Assembly (NCBI GenBank): GCA_964436645.1
Contig: CAYTDO010000003.1
Span: forward strand, 939-64,938
Source of the DNA: an uncultured Methanosarcinales archaeon
GTDB taxonomy: Archaea; Nanobdellota; Nanobdellia; Woesearchaeales; GW2011-AR4
Direction: 5' to 3'
Length of the DNA stretch: 64,000 bases
The position numbers and the translations under genes are program-made. The notes beneath the pieces are model-generated. The model was given only the letters and a program-made list of their open reading frames with translations. It made no database searches and had not been told where the DNA came from. This document shows positions 38,092 through 48,412 of this stretch, piece after piece; positions within the stretch are counted from its first letter, which is position 1; each line of letters opens with the position of its first letter.

Positions 38092-39564
38092 TTAACCCAA
38101 AAAGCCCCTAATAAATCCCGCTCTGGCAATATTTTCCGTAAGGAGCCTGTGGTCTTTCTTTTTGAAATTATCAACTATTATAGAAGTAACTTTCTTATGC
38201 TTTTCATCTGAATCATAGATTGTCATTTTTTCCATACTTTCCACTAATTTTCGGATCTCATTTGGAAATAAAGATAGATTATCTTTGTTTAAGTATTGCA
38301 GGGAATCCCTTAAATCATTATCAAAATTGGCATAAATCTGCCGTATATAATCTAAATCTTTAGTGTCTAGAGCATTTAGCCCTAAAATTTCTGGCGGCAG
38401 CCCATAAGAGTAAAGTGCTGCGCAAAAGGTAATTGCTCTTGGTAGCTTTAGGCCTGAAACGTTCCTTGAATATCCAAAAAGACCAATATGTAATTTTCTT
38501 TTTCTCCTTGGAGGCACATAAGGAGCTAAATCATTAATGTACGTTTCTAGCAGCTTTACCTGTTTTTGGTATTCAGCTGTAAGCTTTTCCACTATTGCAA
38601 GGCATTTTTGCTCCTCTACATATATGGGTTTTTTAGGCATAGTTTCATTCAAATGCTTTACAGCCTTCTGAACCTGCCCGATATCATAATCGTACTTAAA
38701 AGCGGACTGCAATGTAAAAGTATAAACACTTGGGAATCCCGCCAAACAATTATCTATGTTGGCTGGCTTAAAATTTCCCCTGAAAGGGGAAGAGCCGCAG
38801 CCTAATATTGGCAGTATATCTGCAGAAAGCTTTTCCTGCATATCCCACAACTTTTGCAGCGCTATTTTTAGTATCAAAACAGTTGCCAAGCTTCCATAAT
38901 TCAAAGCTGGATCGCTTCTTGCCAGCCATACTCTTTGATAATCCCCGATTTTTTCTTCCTGCAAGAATTCTTGAACGATTTTATCAGCATTTAAAATTGA
39001 AGCCTTATCCTCTATCAATGGGATTACCCTAATGCTTTCAGGCTTAAAGTCCCCTATCCATTCTGCGACTGTTGTGCCATTGTGCAGATTATGGTGCTTT
39101 TTTCCGACGACATGCTTTTTGTAATATTGTGCAACCCTTATAATTTCTTTTGCATCTGTTGTCATCGGCAATGCCACTTCAAAAATAGGAGCTGCTTCCT
39201 CTCCATAAAATATTTTGGCTGCGTCAAAATTCCTCGGTATGCTCTCTAAAGTTTCTAATAAAATTTTCGCCTCGCCTTTGTCAACAGCAGGGTTTGGGAC
39301 CCTCACAGTAAGAAATATTTCCTTGCCAAGCTTATGATTGCTAAAATACGGCTCGTATTTAGTAAAGAGCTTTTTGACAACAAAATTATCAACTTCTTTT
39401 CCTTCACAATCCCACAATTGCTCCCTGCAATGAATATGGGAATATGCATAGAAAGCTTCTTTTATCTCATCGTCTCCGGAAAGTTCCGGATGGTCTGCAA
39501 AGAAGGGGGTATGCACATTATCAGGATGCTGCGTAGACATTGCTCTTGAGACATTATGATTCAT
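38092..39564 (-). CDS. ppcA: archaeal-type phosphoenolpyruvate carboxylase
   Basis: The N-terminal MSTQHPDN signature and about 490 aa are typical of PepcA. Confidence 0.85.
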   Translation of the reverse strand: MNHNVSRAMSTQHPDNVHTPFFADHPELSGDDEIKEAFYAYSHIHCREQLWDCEGKEVDNFVVKKLFTKYEPYFSNHKLGKEIFLTVRVPNPAVDKGEAKILLETLESIPRNFDAAKIFYGEEAAPIFEVALPMTTDAKEIIRVAQYYKKHVVGKKHHNLHNGTTVAEWIGDFKPESIRVIPLIEDKASILNADKIVQEFLQEEKIGDYQRVWLARSDPALNYGSLATVLILKIALQKLWDMQEKLSADILPILGCGSSPFRGNFKPANIDNCLAGFPSVYTFTLQSAFKYDYDIGQVQKAVKHLNETMPKKPIYVEEQKCLAIVEKLTAEYQKQVKLLETYINDLAPYVPPRRKRKLHIGLFGYSRNVSGLKLPRAITFCAALYSYGLPPEILGLNALDTKDLDYIRQIYANFDNDLRDSLQYLNKDNLSLFPNEIRKLVESMEKMTIYDSDEKHKKVTSIIVDNFKKKDHRLLTENIARAGFIRGFLG

Positions 39565-39669
39565 AATTTTGCTGGATTAGAATTTTCTTTATATAGGTTA
39601 TGTTGCAATGATAACATATAGTATATTATTCCATAGTAACAGCTATATTCACCGTAGAAATCCTTATTT

Positions 39670-40830
39670 TTATCTTATTTTACCCTTAACCCATTTTTTT
39701 ATCCTATCCATTCCCTGTTCAATATCCTTCATAGAGGCTGCATAGCTCAATCTAATATAGCCCTCTAATCCAAATGCTGTTCCTGGAACGACAGCAACCA
39801 AGGCCTCATCTAAAAGTTTGGCAGAAAAATCCATGGAACTCATTTCTGTTCCATTAATATCCGGGAATGCATAGAAGGCTCCTTCCGGCTCGCTGCACTT
39901 AATTCCAGGAATTTCATTAAGCCTCTTATGCATGAATTTCCTTCTTTGGTCGAATGCTTTTATCATCTCTTTAATGCTATTCTGGGGGCCTTTTATTGCT
40001 TCCAGGGCAGCCATCTGAGAAATATTGGATACATTGCCGGATGCGTGGCTCTGGAAATTTTCCATCGCTTTTATCACTTCCCTGCTTGCGCCGCAGTAGC
40101 CTACTCTCCATCCAGTCATTGCATAAGTCTTTGAAAAAGAGTTGGCAGTTATTGTAAGATTTTTTATTTTGTTGTTGAGCGAGGCTATGCTTACTCTTTC
40201 CTTATTTCCATATGTAAAATGCTCGTAAACTTCATCAGATACTACATAAAAATTATGCTCTACAGCCAGCTTTGCAATCTTTTCCACTTCTTTTCTTTCA
40301 ACTATTGCGCCGCTCGGGTTGCTTGGGCTGTTCAGGATAAGCATTTTTGTTTTAGAGGTTATCTTTTTTTTGACATCTTCTGCTGTAAGCCTAAAGGTTT
40401 CATCAGTCTTGCAAAAAATCGGCTTTGCGCCTGCCAGCTTGACCATTTCCCCAAAGCTAACCCAGTAAGGTACTGGAAGTATTGCTTCATCTCCATCATT
40501 AAGTATGCTTGCTGCAATATTATAGAGGCCGTGCTTTCCGCCGGAGCTTACCATAACTTCAGAAGAATCGTAGTTTATCTTGTTATAGTATTGAAATTTT
40601 TTTGCTATCGCTTCCCTTAGCTCCGGAATGCCGCCAACAGGGGTGTATCTTGTGATATTGTTGTCTATTGCTTTCTTTGCAGCATCCTTGATGTTTTGAG
40701 GAGTGTTAAAGTCCGGCTCTCCAGCTCCAAAATTCAGAACGTCCTTGCCCTCTTTCTTAAGCTGCTTTGCCTTGGAATCAATTGCCAAAGTAGCGCTCGG
40801 GGTTATATTTTTAACTCTGCCGGATACCAA
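39670..40830 (-). CDS. aspartate/aromatic aminotransferase (class I PLP aminotransferase)
   Basis: PLP-lysine region SFSKTYAMTGWRVGY. Fold-type I aminotransferase, about 386 aa. Confidence 0.85.
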   Translation of the reverse strand: MVSGRVKNITPSATLAIDSKAKQLKKEGKDVLNFGAGEPDFNTPQNIKDAAKKAIDNNITRYTPVGGIPELREAIAKKFQYYNKINYDSSEVMVSSGGKHGLYNIAASILNDGDEAILPVPYWVSFGEMVKLAGAKPIFCKTDETFRLTAEDVKKKITSKTKMLILNSPSNPSGAIVERKEVEKIAKLAVEHNFYVVSDEVYEHFTYGNKERVSIASLNNKIKNLTITANSFSKTYAMTGWRVGYCGASREVIKAMENFQSHASGNVSNISQMAALEAIKGPQNSIKEMIKAFDQRRKFMHKRLNEIPGIKCSEPEGAFYAFPDINGTEMSSMDFSAKLLDEALVAVVPGTAFGLEGYIRLSYAASMKDIEQGMDRIKKWVKGKIR

Positions 40831-41377
40831 TCAAACCACCAACTTTCTCTGATATTTTGCTTATATCAATGCCTTTTGTTGTATCAACAATTAAAAGAAT
40901 ATGCTTGTTTTCCTTTGCCTCATTTAAGCAGATATCAAATATCTCAGCATCGAGATTTTCCCTTATTTTATCCTTCCTGTATTTTTTCTTTTTTAATCTT
41001 TTTTGCAGGATTTTCAGATTGCACTTTGCAACGATGCATAGATCTGCGTATTTTTTTGGAAGGTAATGAGATAGGTGGGAGTCTATTATTATTCCGTCAG
41101 GTTTTTTTGTTTTTAGGTTATTTTTTGCCGATTTTTTTGAAGTTTTAATATTGCTGGAGTTTTTATTGTAATTGCTTATTTCTTTAATTATTGCTTTGTT
41201 TAGTTTTTTTGTGTCTATAATTTTCGTTTCTCTTTTTTTATCGTAACCTTCAGAAAGATTATATTTTTTAATCATTAGGTTAACATCCAAATAATGAAGA
41301 TTGAGGGATTGGGCTAATCTTTTAGACAAAGTTGTTTTGCCGGTTCCAGGGGTCCCCGTTACTATGATTGTTTTCAT
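40811..41377 (-). CDS. Fap7/AK6-like adenylate kinase (P-loop NTPase) with a Lys-rich insertion
   Basis: IIVTGTPGTGKTTLSKRLA, a downstream IIDSHL motif, and an insertion rich in K/N/S. Confidence 0.6.
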   Translation of the reverse strand: MKTIIVTGTPGTGKTTLSKRLAQSLNLHYLDVNLMIKKYNLSEGYDKKRETKIIDTKKLNKAIIKEISNYNKNSSNIKTSKKSAKNNLKTKKPDGIIIDSHLSHYLPKKYADLCIVAKCNLKILQKRLKKKKYRKDKIRENLDAEIFDICLNEAKENKHILLIVDTTKGIDISKISEKVGGLIGIRQS

Positions 41378-41476
41378 TGAAGCATAATAAGCATTTATTT
41401 ATGGATTTTTAAAGGTGTCCATTTTATTTACTCAAAACAAAAATATTTTTAAATAAAATAAGATTAATTCCGGAAG

Positions 41477-41878
41477 ATGCAGGAAGTAATTTCTATAACA
41501 ACCTCAAAAAAACAGGAAATGATAGATATAACTAATAAGGTTTATTCTATAGTTAAAAAATCAAAAATCAGGGAAGGAGTATGCAACATCTTTGTCATGC
41601 ACACCAGCGCAGCAATAATTATAAATGAGAACTATGACCCAAACATATGCCTTGATATAATAGATGCACTGAATGGCATGGTGCCTAAACTGGAATGGAG
41701 GCATAACAAGGTTGATGGGAATGCTGAGGCGCATATAAAGGCGGCAATATTAGGGCCGCATGAGATAATACCCTTAAAAGACGGCAAGATGCAGCTGGGA
41801 AAATGGCAAAGCCCGATGCTGGTGGAGCTTGACGGCCCAAGGAAAAGAGAGATTATTATACAAATAACAGGTGATTGA
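41477..41878 (+). CDS. YjbQ-family (UPF0047) secondary thiamine-phosphate synthase-like enzyme
   Basis: 133 aa with NIFVMHTSAAIIINENYDP, EAHIKAAILGP and the C-terminal LVELDGPRKR, characteristic of YjbQ. Confidence 0.75.
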   Translation: MQEVISITTSKKQEMIDITNKVYSIVKKSKIREGVCNIFVMHTSAAIIINENYDPNICLDIIDALNGMVPKLEWRHNKVDGNAEAHIKAAILGPHEIIPLKDGKMQLGKWQSPMLVELDGPRKREIIIQITGD

Positions 41879-42337
41879 ATGATATGCGACATGTGCAGCG
41901 CCAAAGGGAGATTGTATAAGGTTAAAGTAGAGGGCGCTGAGCTGACTTTATGCAAGGATTGCAGCAAATTTGGGGAAGTTATCGGGCAGGTGCAGCAGGA
42001 AAGCGAGAGTTTCAATAAAAAGCAAAAAACAATAATCAATGAAGGCCCGGAATTAATAGAGATACTATCCGAGGATTACGCTGACAAAATAAAGAAGAAA
42101 AGAGAAAGCCTAGGGCTTAGCCAGAAAGATTTTGCAGAAAAGCTCAATGAGAAAGAGTCCATTATCCAAAAACTTGAGAACTGGCATCTTGAGCCTTCTA
42201 TAGATCTTGCAAAGAAAATAGAAAAGTCACTTGGACTAAAAATTTTGGAGCAGTATGAAGAAAAGCATGAGAAGCAGAACAATAAAGGGAGTATGGGCAC
42301 CTTTACAATAGGAGATTTCATAAAAATCAAGAAGTGA
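41879..42337 (+). CDS. mbf1: archaeal multiprotein-bridging factor 1 (Zn-ribbon + HTH XRE)
   Basis: N-terminal CDMC...C..C ribbon and a C-terminal HTH (LSQKDFAEKLNEKESIIQKLE). Confidence 0.8.
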   Translation: MICDMCSAKGRLYKVKVEGAELTLCKDCSKFGEVIGQVQQESESFNKKQKTIINEGPELIEILSEDYADKIKKKRESLGLSQKDFAEKLNEKESIIQKLENWHLEPSIDLAKKIEKSLGLKILEQYEEKHEKQNNKGSMGTFTIGDFIKIKK

Positions 42338-43718
42338 AGATGCTATATTCGCAATTGCCTTCTTTCTCGCTTAACTCTGGCTTAAAATTTTTTGATAAAA
42401 AATCCTTAAATTCCTCATGCTCCATTGCGCATGCCCCTTCATAAGGCGGGCATGGCAGCAGGTCGCAGCTATTTATCAGCACATATTTTGCCTTGGTTAT
42501 TTTTCCATTTAAATCCCGAATCTTATCAGCATTATACAGCGGATAATAGATGATCTCATCTGCTTTTGAGTCGCCATAAGCTATAAATGATGGATTTGAA
42601 ATCCACAGGCCATCCTTGATATTTTGATTTTCCATGAATTTGTAGAATGGATCCAGTTTATCATCATATTTATCCAGCCTTAGCTGCGGAGCTATGCTTA
42701 AAATTCCGATAATCAATATTAAAAAAAGCGCAATTTTCCTGTATTTTCCAAAATACCCAGAAAACTTGACAATCCCATAGCCAGCCATTATTGAAAGCAA
42801 AGGCAAAATAAATATCAGAAACCTCATTTCCTTGTGGGGTGTAAAAATATGAGGGATAAATCCGGATAAGAATATTAAAGGGATAAGGGCTTGCATTTTT
42901 TTTTTGCTCCTAAAAATTAATATCATCCCCAGAATGGAGAATATTGACAAGATATTTTCCTTTGCCAGGCCTATAAAATAAAATCTAAATGGCTGATTAA
43001 ATGCCCATCCTGTAAATTTAGCCATCCATGCCTGCAATAAAAATGGGTAGAACGGGTTTTTGTAAAGTATAATGTTTAATATTAAAAATGGCAGCACTGG
43101 AATTAAAAAAAATAATAATGAGGCTACCAGCTGGTTTTTTGCGGCTTTCTTCTTATATGTTAAGTAAATAAAAAAAATGTACATTGGAGCTATAAGAAAT
43201 ATCTGGAAAAACCTTGCCATGAAAGCTAATCCTAAAATCAAGCCTCCAAGGTTATATTTTTCATTTATAAAAAAATACATGCCAAGCATGATAAAAAATG
43301 TTGATGGTATTTCTGTGAATAGTATATTATTGAAAAGAAAAAATGTCGGAAAAAACATAAGCAAAAAAGATGAGACTATAGCTGTTTTTTTTCCAAATAA
43401 TTTAGCTGCGATAGAATAAGTTAATATTACAATGCCAATCCAAAATAATAAAACTGATAATTTACCGAAAAAAATTGCGTCCAATCCTATTTTCCAGAAA
43501 AATCCCAAAATCAATGGCCAGGCTAAAGGCCTGGAAGCCTCGTACAATCCGGATTGCCCGGAGGAGTAAATGTATTTCCCCATGCCAAGATAAACAGAAG
43601 AATCCCACCATAAATCTGCATCAGCATTAAGATTATAGGCAAAAGAAAGGATAAAAAGGATTAATATTCCTATTATAGCCCCATGTTCTTTCAGTGATTT
43701 TGTTGTTAGACTATTCAT
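42327..43718 (-). CDS. GT-C-fold membrane glycosyltransferase (PMT/ArnT, GT39/GT83-like)
   Basis: About 12 TM helices and an N-terminal loop with an acidic motif (NADADLWWDSSVY), typical of GT-C enzymes. Cys-rich C-terminus CDLLPCPPYEGAC. Confidence 0.55.
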   Translation of the reverse strand: MNSLTTKSLKEHGAIIGILILFILSFAYNLNADADLWWDSSVYLGMGKYIYSSGQSGLYEASRPLAWPLILGFFWKIGLDAIFFGKLSVLLFWIGIVILTYSIAAKLFGKKTAIVSSFLLMFFPTFFLFNNILFTEIPSTFFIMLGMYFFINEKYNLGGLILGLAFMARFFQIFLIAPMYIFFIYLTYKKKAAKNQLVASLLFFLIPVLPFLILNIILYKNPFYPFLLQAWMAKFTGWAFNQPFRFYFIGLAKENILSIFSILGMILIFRSKKKMQALIPLIFLSGFIPHIFTPHKEMRFLIFILPLLSIMAGYGIVKFSGYFGKYRKIALFLILIIGILSIAPQLRLDKYDDKLDPFYKFMENQNIKDGLWISNPSFIAYGDSKADEIIYYPLYNADKIRDLNGKITKAKYVLINSCDLLPCPPYEGACAMEHEEFKDFLSKNFKPELSEKEGNCEYSIFTS

Positions 43719-44967
43719 TCTTCTTCCAAATATTGTATTGGCTTTTCCTAAAATAATCCGGCAGCATAAGAATGTAAATTGCCATTATAAGGAGCCAAAA
43801 GGGGAACATGAAGCAAATAGGTATTATATGCCATAAGTCAATTTTCCTATCAAATTTTATTATTGCCATTATAAATAACGGGTAGGATAGCAGAGTTGCT
43901 GTTATTCCTGTTATTGTTGCTGCTGTAAGGGGAGTTGCTCCGCTTATTACGCTGGCAGTCCATTTTATAAAGCCTATAATTGAGAGCCAGTCGAAGAAGA
44001 ATCTCAGCATGTCAAAGCTAAAATAAATTGATTTGGATGCAAAATAAGTTATGTAACCGGAAACTATCTGGTATATTGTAAAAGACCCCAAAATAACTGC
44101 TTGTATATAGGAAAACAAAAACAATGGCAAAGTGTAGAGGTCAATAATTTTGTTATTGAGCTGCAGGTGTTTCCTGAAGATTTTTAAAATTCCTCTTGCA
44201 AATCTTGCGCGCTGCCTCAAAAATCCCCTTATATCGGAAGGCATGTTTGTTTCTGCCACTGCTTTTTCTGAAAAACCTATCTTATAGCCTTTTCTTATCA
44301 GCCTTATAGCAACATCAATATCCTCAGAAAATCCCTGGACGCTAAAACCGCGAGCTTCGATAAGCTCTTTTTTTCTGTATATGCTTAATGGGCCAGGGGT
44401 CACAATGTTTGCATTTATTTTTGAGAGAAGCAATCTCATCAATGAGTTATAAAGCTGCTCAATATGCACCCACATGCATATGAATTTTTTCCTGTTCTTT
44501 ACTTTTATAACTCCGGTTGCAGCCGCTATATTTTCGCGCTCAACTTCTTCCTTCAGTTCATTCAATGCATTCTTGTGGATTATACTATCTCCGTCAACCA
44601 CTGCAATAAGGTCTCCTTTTGAAATCAATAATGCTTTGTTTAAAGAAGAGGCTTTTCCGGAATGAACCGTTTTAATTAGCTCAATATTTGGCTTGTATCT
44701 TAATGCAATTTCGTAAGTCTTGTCTTTACTGCCATCATCGACAACAATTATTTGCCTGTCTCCATTGAAATCTGCATTTAAAACTGATTCTATTGCATCC
44801 GCAATATATTTTTCCTCATTGTGGGCTGGTATTATTATGGTTATACTTGAGAATTCATGCTCTTTTGCTGGCTTTTTTATTTTTATAAATATTAGGGCAT
44901 AGTAGGAAATTATAGTTATTAAAAATATGAAAGTAATCAAAGCCGGCAGATATTCTAAAAGAGCCAT
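43711..44967 (-). CDS. family 2 glycosyltransferase with a C-terminal multi-TM domain
   Basis: IIIPAHNEEKYI...IVVDDGSKDKT...DGDS (DXD), followed by TM helices. Confidence 0.8.
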   Translation of the reverse strand: MALLEYLPALITFIFLITIISYYALIFIKIKKPAKEHEFSSITIIIPAHNEEKYIADAIESVLNADFNGDRQIIVVDDGSKDKTYEIALRYKPNIELIKTVHSGKASSLNKALLISKGDLIAVVDGDSIIHKNALNELKEEVERENIAAATGVIKVKNRKKFICMWVHIEQLYNSLMRLLLSKINANIVTPGPLSIYRKKELIEARGFSVQGFSEDIDVAIRLIRKGYKIGFSEKAVAETNMPSDIRGFLRQRARFARGILKIFRKHLQLNNKIIDLYTLPLFLFSYIQAVILGSFTIYQIVSGYITYFASKSIYFSFDMLRFFFDWLSIIGFIKWTASVISGATPLTAATITGITATLLSYPLFIMAIIKFDRKIDLWHIIPICFMFPFWLLIMAIYILMLPDYFRKSQYNIWKKNE

Positions 44968-45050
44968 TTAAATCATAGTAGGGATATGGGTTAGAATTCT
45001 TATATATTGCGGTTAAATTTAGAAAATTAAAATATTTATCAAAAACTATA

Positions 45051-45158
45051 GGAAATAACTTCAATATTTGTATGTCAAAATATTTGTAAAGTTATTTCCT
45101 AATAAGCAAATCACTCATTAAGGATGGGGCAAAATTTCTATTATTAAAGTGATTTGCT
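45051..45158. other. two 11-bp inverted-repeat pairs (ggaaataactt/aagttatttcc; agcaaatcact/agtgatttgct) in the spacer between two GT2 genes
   Basis: Seen directly in the sequence. The second pair brackets the stop codon of the upstream GT2 gene. Possible terminators or operators. Confidence 0.3.
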
Positions 45159-46400
45159 ATAAACAAGCTTTGAATTTGCCTGTTTCGGGGTGCAGAACCA
45201 GGAGAGCTGCTGCTTGGAAGCTGCCTTAAAGAATGCTATGCTGTTCGCAACAGCAAGGACAAGCCCTATTGTAAGAGATGTAAGGATTAAGTAAGGCAAT
45301 TCCTTGAGCAGCCTATTTTTGTAAAAAGTCATTGTTCCGATAACAAGAAAACCGGCTGTGAGAGAGAATCTTACTGCCATGTCCACTAAATCGCTGAAGC
45401 TAAAAAGCTTAGGATCTCCTAAAAACCAGCCGCTGAAGCCAGCTATCGTCATGATAAAGACAAAAGGAGCAATTATATTCCCCAAAGTGATATAGAGGAT
45501 CATCACTCTTTGCTTAAAGGTAATGCCTTTCTTGAGGAGTATCTTAAATGCGTTGTCGAAAAAAACACGGGCATTGCCATAACACCATCTCATCTGCTGT
45601 TTTATGAAGCTTTCAAAAGTAGCAGGAACTTCGCTTGGAGTCTCAAAATTAAGATAAACGGTCTTATATCCCTTAAGCAGCAGATTAACTGTCAAATCCG
45701 AGTCTTCTGTCAAACTATTAAGGTTCCATCCACCTACTTTCTCAAATGCTGATTTTCTTATTGCCCCGGCAGTTCCGCAGAAAAATACGCAGTTTATCCT
45801 ATTATTAATAGGCATGATAATTGTATGGTAAATCATCAAAAGGTAGGAAGCGCTCCTTGTTATTAAATTTGAGTCTTTATTGTAAAAGCCCTGCCTTGTC
45901 TGGACAATAGCGACTTTTGGATCAGAAAAAGGCTTTATGACTTTAGCCAGGAAATCTTTTTGAGGCATCCAGTCAGAATCAAATATCACAATAAATTCCC
46001 CTTTGGCATGCTTCATGCTGTTTTTCAATGCCCCTGCCTTGAAACCTTGCCTATGGCCTCTATGAACATATTTTACAAATCCTGGATTTTGTTCGGCAAA
46101 TTTTGCTAATATATGCTGTGTTTCAATATGAGTGCTGTCATCTGCAATAATTATCTTATACTTATCCTTAGGATAATCGAAGTCAATGCAGTGCCTTATG
46201 CATCTCTCTGCAATAGGATCATTGTATGTAGGTATCTGAACTGTTATAAATGGAAGCTTTTTAAGCTCTTTGAATTCTTTCTTCTCTTGTTTATACAACA
46301 GGAGATTAAGGAGGGCAAGCATCATAAATAGGACCGAGAAAAAAACTATGGGAAGTAAAGTAAGGTTATAAACAAATAATGCGATGTCTTGCGGTGCCAT
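45144..46400 (-). CDS. processive family 2 glycosyltransferase (cellulose/chitin/hyaluronan-synthase-like)
   Basis: VQIPTYNDP, DDSTH, FDSDW (DXD) and QQMRWCYG (QxxRW), flanked by TM helices. Confidence 0.8.
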   Translation of the reverse strand: MAPQDIALFVYNLTLLPIVFFSVLFMMLALLNLLLYKQEKKEFKELKKLPFITVQIPTYNDPIAERCIRHCIDFDYPKDKYKIIIADDSTHIETQHILAKFAEQNPGFVKYVHRGHRQGFKAGALKNSMKHAKGEFIVIFDSDWMPQKDFLAKVIKPFSDPKVAIVQTRQGFYNKDSNLITRSASYLLMIYHTIIMPINNRINCVFFCGTAGAIRKSAFEKVGGWNLNSLTEDSDLTVNLLLKGYKTVYLNFETPSEVPATFESFIKQQMRWCYGNARVFFDNAFKILLKKGITFKQRVMILYITLGNIIAPFVFIMTIAGFSGWFLGDPKLFSFSDLVDMAVRFSLTAGFLVIGTMTFYKNRLLKELPYLILTSLTIGLVLAVANSIAFFKAASKQQLSWFCTPKQANSKLVYSKSL

Positions 46401-46402
46401 TT

Positions 46403-47113
46403 TTAGTTCCCTATTTTTATTTCACTCTGCCTTATTGCCTGCTGGAATTCTGCATAAGGCCGGACGCCATCCAGGATTATGTTTTCTCTTCCCGACAAGC
46501 CTATATAAAATCTCTGGTTTATGCCGACAATGCCCAATCCTTCAATCTCCAGCGCATTTTTGTATAAAGTGTCTAGGATTTCAGTCCCATACATGCATTC
46601 GTTGTAGCTGCCAACATCTATCTGGTAATTTTCGAGCATTTTTCTTATTGTTATGTCGTTTGACAGCATTTCGAAATATATGGAGTAGTATTCTTCGCTT
46701 TTAAGTGTTTTGATGCATTCCAGCATCATTGCATCCTCAAAGTTGCCATTCCTTTCCACTATATCCTGAAAAGTTATGTAAGGCTTGTGGTAAAACTTAA
46801 GCAAGCCCTGACCAATATAATCCTTATCCAACAACGGAAAAATATCCTGCACAAAACTCCCTGAGGCCTTAGAGCTTGCATCTGTAAAGGCTATGAGGGT
46901 TATGCCTGCTTTTTCATTCCCATAAACTGGGCCTTCCATGCCGGGGTTTGAGGTCAAAAAAAACCTGGAAGCATAGGCTGCATCTTTAATGTGTTCTTTA
47001 AGAGTATCCCTATTATGCTGCATCCTGTAAAAAACAAAGCTGAAGGCCATCAGTAAGGAGATAATTAAAATTGTATAGAATATCATGATTTTTTTATGGT
47101 TTATCTTTTTCAT
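46403..47113 (-). CDS. membrane-anchored DsbA/thioredoxin-fold protein lacking the CxxC active site (SSKAS in place of CxxC)
   Basis: N-terminal TM helix, then ITLIAFTDASSKASGSF in the position of the DsbA F-x-D-CPYC motif. Confidence 0.45.
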   Translation of the reverse strand: MKKINHKKIMIFYTILIISLLMAFSFVFYRMQHNRDTLKEHIKDAAYASRFFLTSNPGMEGPVYGNEKAGITLIAFTDASSKASGSFVQDIFPLLDKDYIGQGLLKFYHKPYITFQDIVERNGNFEDAMMLECIKTLKSEEYYSIYFEMLSNDITIRKMLENYQIDVGSYNECMYGTEILDTLYKNALEIEGLGIVGINQRFYIGLSGRENIILDGVRPYAEFQQAIRQSEIKIGN

Positions 47114-47856
47114 TTTTTAGAAATTGCAGTATTTGAAGCTTTAAGCAGCTCGTCAGAAGTAAAAAGTCTTCCCTGCATGACCCGGTCATTGATTATTATT
47201 GCTGGTGTCGAGTTGATATTGTAGTATTTCTTGAGATTCTCGACTATCGGCTCTTTCATGTAAAAATCTATTGGAAACATTATCATTTCCCTACCCTGCT
47301 GCTTGATTTTGTTCCCTAAAATGTCCAACTGCTCGCCTTGACTGATGCACTCTTCGCAATCGGCAGAATAGAAATACAATCCGTGAACAATGTCCATCTG
47401 GCATTGCTGGTATTGGTTCCTTGCAAGTATCCACGTCCTTATAGAGACATGAGCATATTCTTTCTTAAGGAGAATGTAGTTAGGGGAGAGCTTATTGTAT
47501 TTCTCATACTCCTCAATCCTGTATGGAAGCTTGCTCCAGTAATAGCTAAGCTGGGAGAAAAGCTCATTTAACGATATTTTTGAGAAATTGCACATTTGGC
47601 CCTTGCTTAAGGTTTCGATAAAAGTCTGCTCAAGCTGCATATTTTTAAGGTTGCCGTCCAGGAAATCTATGTAGTTCTGGAGCAGCTCAAGGTCTTTTGA
47701 TGTTTCTGTCTTGAAGTCAAATATGTCTTTTGAGGTTGATTCCTTTACAACCTTATTAGCATAAAGCCCGCTGAATACACCTGCAAAGTACAGGATTATG
47801 GAGATAAGTATTGCAAAAAATATGATATATTTTCTTTTTGGGCTTTGCTCGGTCAT
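47110..47856 (-). CDS. membrane-anchored thioredoxin-fold thiol:disulfide oxidoreductase (CxxC)
   Basis: N-terminal TM helix, active site YFYSADCEECIS, and cis-Pro STPAIIIND. Overlaps the downstream gene by 4 nt (operon). Confidence 0.55.
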   Translation of the reverse strand: MTEQSPKRKYIIFFAILISIILYFAGVFSGLYANKVVKESTSKDIFDFKTETSKDLELLQNYIDFLDGNLKNMQLEQTFIETLSKGQMCNFSKISLNELFSQLSYYWSKLPYRIEEYEKYNKLSPNYILLKKEYAHVSIRTWILARNQYQQCQMDIVHGLYFYSADCEECISQGEQLDILGNKIKQQGREMIMFPIDFYMKEPIVENLKKYYNINSTPAIIINDRVMQGRLFTSDELLKASNTAISKK

Positions 47857-48362
47857 TCTCTCCTCTCTATTGAGTCCTTATCTATTTGGGCGTATTTATG
47901 TGTTTTTATTCCTGTAAACAGCAAAAACATGCTCCATACAGACAATGGCAGGGGGTTTACCAAAACCCAGCCAAAAAGCAGCATGGGGGCCAAGGAATAG
48001 AATGATATTTTCAGCAATGAAGTGTACTTTATTTTTCTTAGGAATATTTTCAAGATAAGGCTTGCAAAGAATAATAAAAAAGTGCCTGCAAATAGGTAAA
48101 GGAATATTAAGGATGTTGATTTTCCTATTGAATAGTTTATCATCCTAAAGTATTGGATACTGATATTTACAGATATATCGAGATAGAGGGCTTGCAATAA
48201 TGAGAATATAAAATTAAAAACACCGGCAAGCAAAGCTGCTGCAATTAATAGGTACATGTAATCTGCTATCACTGATTCAAAGCTTCTCTTATTTAAAGCT
48301 TCGAACTCCCGCTTAGGATTCAATAACAGATTTAATGATTTTTTAATTGGCTCTTTAAACAT
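47853..48362 (-). CDS. integral membrane protein (Yip1-like, 5 TM)
   Basis: Hydrophobicity pattern only. Confidence 0.35.
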   Translation of the reverse strand: MFKEPIKKSLNLLLNPKREFEALNKRSFESVIADYMYLLIAAALLAGVFNFIFSLLQALYLDISVNISIQYFRMINYSIGKSTSLIFLYLFAGTFLLFFASLILKIFLRKIKYTSLLKISFYSLAPMLLFGWVLVNPLPLSVWSMFLLFTGIKTHKYAQIDKDSIERRE

Positions 48363-48412
48363 GTATTAGAGTTATTGAATTCCTTATTTAAATGATGGGG
48401 TTTTGAGGGGGT